A DNA stretch of 62,962 bases, the filler included, from Octopus bimaculoides (Eukaryota): assembly GCF_001194135.2 (NCBI RefSeq). It is 5 parts of 5 records of this genome, joined end to end, with 100 filler letters (N's around TTAATTAATTAA, not from the genome) between each part and the next. Parts side by side here need not be neighbours in the genome. Positions count along the whole stretch, not along the records: positions 54,932 to 61,659 come from NC_068982.1; positions 61,760 to 62,962 come from NW_026394914.1; 3 more parts are not named here. One strand, given 5' to 3'. The notes under the pieces are model-generated. The model saw nothing but the letters and a program-made list of their open reading frames with translations, was not told the DNA's origin and ran no database searches. A program made the translations under genes and the position numbers. Position 1 is the first letter of the stretch. Each line of letters starts with the position of its first letter. Shown piece by piece: positions 59,813 through 62,962 of this stretch.

Positions 59813-60040
59813 CGGCAAAAGAATTTGATAAGCTCAGAAAATATAAAGATCTGCTGATCGAAATCGAAAAGCTGTAGCATCTCAAGACGGTTACAACACC
59901 AGTGATTGTAGGAGAAATTGGAATGATGAAAAAAGGAACTGAAAATTATTCAAGAATGATCCCTGGCTGACCACCCATGCAGGATGTGCAAAAGATTGTC
60001 TTAACTGGTAACGTCACACGTATTGAGAAGAGCATTGTCG
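59812..60040 (+). mobile_element. R4/Dong-like RLE LINE extreme 3' fragment
   Basis: SAKEFDKLRKYKDLLIEIEKL*HLKTVTTPVIVGEIGMMKKGTENYSRMIPG*PPMQDVQKIVLTG. Confidence 0.85.
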
Positions 60041-61659
60041 CTGGGAATTTTCTTGCCTTTTCCCTCTTTATTTTATTTGTTTACTTTTTACTTTTTTATT
60101 TTTTCCTTTTTTTTTCTCTGTCTTCCACTTTTACTCTGTCACATGACTTTGTAAATGAACAATCTGGTGGGTTTATCATAATGGCCTACCGATGTATACA
60201 GTACGTTTCTCTGTCCTAGGTGTCAAGAAGACACTCGGCAAGAAATCGAAACAATTGAATGAAGATGCTAATAAAATAATGATAATAATAATAATAATAA
60301 TGAGAAGAAGAAGAAGAAGAAGAAGAAGAAACCTTTCTACTATTGATACAAGGTCTGGAATTTTGCAGGACGGATTAGTAAATTTCATTGACCCCACTGC
60401 TCGTCTGGTAATTATTTTATCGACCCACGAAAGGTTAAAAGGCAAAGTCGACCTCGACGGAATGTGAATTCAGAACGTAAAGCCGGAAGAAATGCCGCTC
60501 TGCACTTTGTGCGGCGTGTTAACGATTCTGTCAGCTTGCCATGTTGTTTCAACTTTGAATAAAAACCCAGCAATTTTAGTGAGAGGGGATTAGTTCCCTA
60601 GCTCAACAAGTACTTGTTTTATCAAGTCCAAAAGAATGAAATGCTCAACATAAATTTGGCCTCGGTGGTATTTGAACTCAGAACGTAAAGAGCCGGAAGA
60701 TATGCTTCTAAGTATTTTGTTCAACACGCTAACGATTCTGCTTGTTCATGTAGCTGCCCAACACTGACAGGGCATAGTCTGAGAGCATGGACTTCAGTCG
60801 GTCACGTTACCTCCTGCTTTACCTCCTGGATCCAGGAAGATAGTCTGTATTACGTGATCCAGACCTTTATGAAATTATACAACTACTCTGCCTCTCGATT
60901 TCTGTCGACTTGAAGTTACGTATACCTTGTAGCTGTTGACTATGGGCGCGGATGCTCATGACTTGGAAATTATGGTCTCGTCGATGGCTGCCACATCAGT
61001 ATCTGGTAATTAGGAGCCGTTGAGCAGTGAGCTTGCTTCCAAGGCGACGGTAGCCTACATGCATTCACACTGACTCTTCTGAATAAATCCACATTTGCAT
61101 GAAAGGGAGTAAGTGAAAGTTAGTTGTGGGTGTTTCTTCTAGTAAGTTCTTTTGTTTACGGTTCCTCGCAAATCTTCCATTTCGTTGGGTATTTAGTTTT
61201 TACTTTGTTGTAATTTCTTGCATTGATGTTTTAGAATTTGTGAGTTTGTTGACCTGTTGAGATGATGAAGTCATCATTGGTAATGTATATAGATGTGATC
61301 CATTAATTGTTTTGTTGTTTGTGCTTACAGCAGCGTAGTCGGTAATTTCTTTTATTTTACGTAGGAGTTGTGTTGGTGTAGCTTTGAATTATGTTGCGTT
61401 TATCCTTGTGATATTGGTGGCATGTGGTGGTGATGTTGGTAGCGGTGGTGATGGCAGAAGTGGTAGCGTGGTGATGATGATGCTGTCGATAGTATTAGTG
61501 TTGTTGCTGGAGTGGGTGTTGGGGGTAGCGTTGTTTAAATGCATCTCAATCGTTCGATCGAATTTCCCGGGGTTTTTGGTATCTTTTATTTGCTTCAATC
61601 ATTAGACTGCGGCCATGCTGGGGCAGCGGTTTGAAGAATTTATATTAGAATGAATCGAC

Positions 61660-61759
61660 NNNNNNNNNNNNNNNNNNNNNNNNNNNNNNNNNNNNNNNNN
61701 NNNTTAATTAATTAANNNNNNNNNNNNNNNNNNNNNNNNNNNNNNNNNNNNNNNNNNNN
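61660..61759. other. Artificial scaffold spacer N44-TTAATTAATTAA-N44
   Basis: Same 100-bp structure. Confidence 0.95.
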
Positions 61760-62070
61760 CCTTAGTTTAGGCTTATGCGTTGGTCTCCTGCCATCCTCCA
61801 ACTCACCATACAATAGCTGCTTGGGCAGTCACTCATCACTCATCCTTACTAAATGTCCCCTCCCCCACCTCAAATGTCTTTGCAAAATTATTGACACTAT
61901 ACTTCTTCTGCCACTCCTCTCAAACACTTCCACATTACTAATGGCCATTTTCCAGTTTATCCCCCAAAATTTTCTCACATGGTATTGATGAAATCGTTCC
62001 AATTGCCTTACCTGCCTACGGTAAACAACCCATGCCTCACTTCCATATAGCAAAGATGGGAGGACGGTTT
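61760..62070 (-). mobile_element. RTE-clade LINE, post-RT region (inverted 5' part of the insertion)
   Basis: QTVLPSLLYGSEAWVVYRRQVRQLERFHQYHVRKFWGINW..ISNVEVFERSG..SI..ILQRHLRW/GHLVRMSDE*LPKQLLYGELEDGRRP..KPKLR: canonical RTE/BovB motif order. Confidence 0.92.
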
Positions 62071-62421
62071 GTGAGCGGAGGTGTTTGAGTCATGCAGGCC
62101 TGGTGAGCCATCAAAATTCTCATAGAAATCGACCCATGATAAACAATGATGTGGCTATTAAAATTCATAGCAGAACGAGTAAAATGTGGAAGGGTGTACC
62201 TCTCAGTTGGAGGTCTAAAAACACATGTTAAGAGAGTGCATATGGTGACACCTGTTTCTCCTGTCAGCCAGTATGTAATAAAATGTGTAAAAGCTTGGCC
62301 GGGCTTAAAACTCATATAAGGGCATCACATGGCAACAATCATGAATCATTTCAGTAAGTCTTCTCGACAATGGCTTTTCCCGTGTAACGAGGATGCAGCT
62401 GTGATGTATGTATGTATGTAT
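62066..62421 (+). mobile_element. RTE-clade LINE 3' end with three C2H2 zinc-finger motifs and (TATG)n tail
   Basis: VCERRCLSHAGLVSHQNSH (62068-62123), VKCGRVYLSVGGLKTHVKRVH (62179-62241), FSCQPVCNKMCKSLAGLKTHIRASH (about 62256-62330), separated by frameshifts; stop near 62348; short UTR then gtatgtatgtatgtatg. Confidence 0.8.
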
Positions 62422-62962
62422 GCATGCACGTAGGGTATAAGACAACTGTCGATCCCGGCAAAAGAAACGCAAAGGTGATTTAAACACAGTAGTAATGCAT
62501 AGTAATGAATTGCCCCAATAAACTTTGCTCGATCTTTTACCGCTCTGCAGTTCCATTGCTCCGCACACACACACACACACAAACACACACGCGCGCGCGC
62601 ACAAGCACGCACGCACGCACGCATGCACCCACGCACGCACATATATGTATCGACTGTGACTCCACCGGTTACGAAGAAAAAAGTTATATGTTATCAGATC
62701 AATGGAACAGCATGCACGGGAAATTAACGTACCAGTGGCTGAGCACTCTGCAAACACAGGTACCCGTAACAAGGGACACAGAATGTGACAAGACCGGGCC
62801 TTTGAATTACACTTTTGCCAGCTAGTTGATATGAAGCAACGTGAAATAAAATGTTTTGTTCAAAGGATACAACACATTGTCGGGAATCGATTATAAGCCG
62901 ATTGCTGTAACCATTCGGGCACACACATGTACTAAATTCGGGCACACACATGTACTAAATTC

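Noticed and set aside
60950-61380. Possible Gypsy gag remnant on the minus strand (PTQLLRKIKE; FHAN...ACRLPSPWK)
   Set aside because: Two short, frame-discordant resemblances only; no LTR, protease or RT evidence. Needs BLASTx.
62915-62962. Short ~24-bp tandem duplication at the window end (similar small duplications at about 27062, 30665, 31700, 39140)
   Set aside because: Ordinary slippage duplications with no further structure visible.

Overview
Eukaryotic, AT-rich, repeat- and microsatellite-saturated DNA. The repeat families look like those of Octopus (coleoid cephalopod); this is pattern recognition, not a database result. The window is an assembly of five pieces (1-20189, 20290-49742, 49843-54831, 54932-61659, 61760-62962) joined by identical 100-bp N44-TTAATTAATTAA-N44 spacers, plus nine ordinary N gaps, so adjacency across the joins is not guaranteed. 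The only firmly identifiable host coding sequence is a terminal exon (57882-58383, +) encoding the C-terminal half of a fibrinogen-related domain (FReD) with an unusual extra Cys pair. Plausible signal-peptide exons lie upstream (26879-26929, 37775-37817). Piece 1 is visibly CpG-depleted and holds several exon-like segments of an unidentified + strand gene. Mobile DNA includes tRNA-derived SINEs, TTAA-flanked piggyBac-type MITEs, three R4/Dong-like RLE LINE 3' ends, mariner and CMC/Chapaev-like transposase relics, and an RTE LINE with an inverted 5' part and three C-terminal C2H2 fingers. The most interesting signal is at 42-56 kb: three unrelated repeat families each carry a minimal type I hammerhead-ribozyme core. 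One is a composite tRNA-head + (AAT)n + hammerhead element; another lies inside a 147-bp-arm fold-back insertion with an 11-bp target-site duplication. Most ORFs in the supplied track are microsatellite or N-gap artefacts. No rRNA, bona fide tRNA or CRISPR array was seen.
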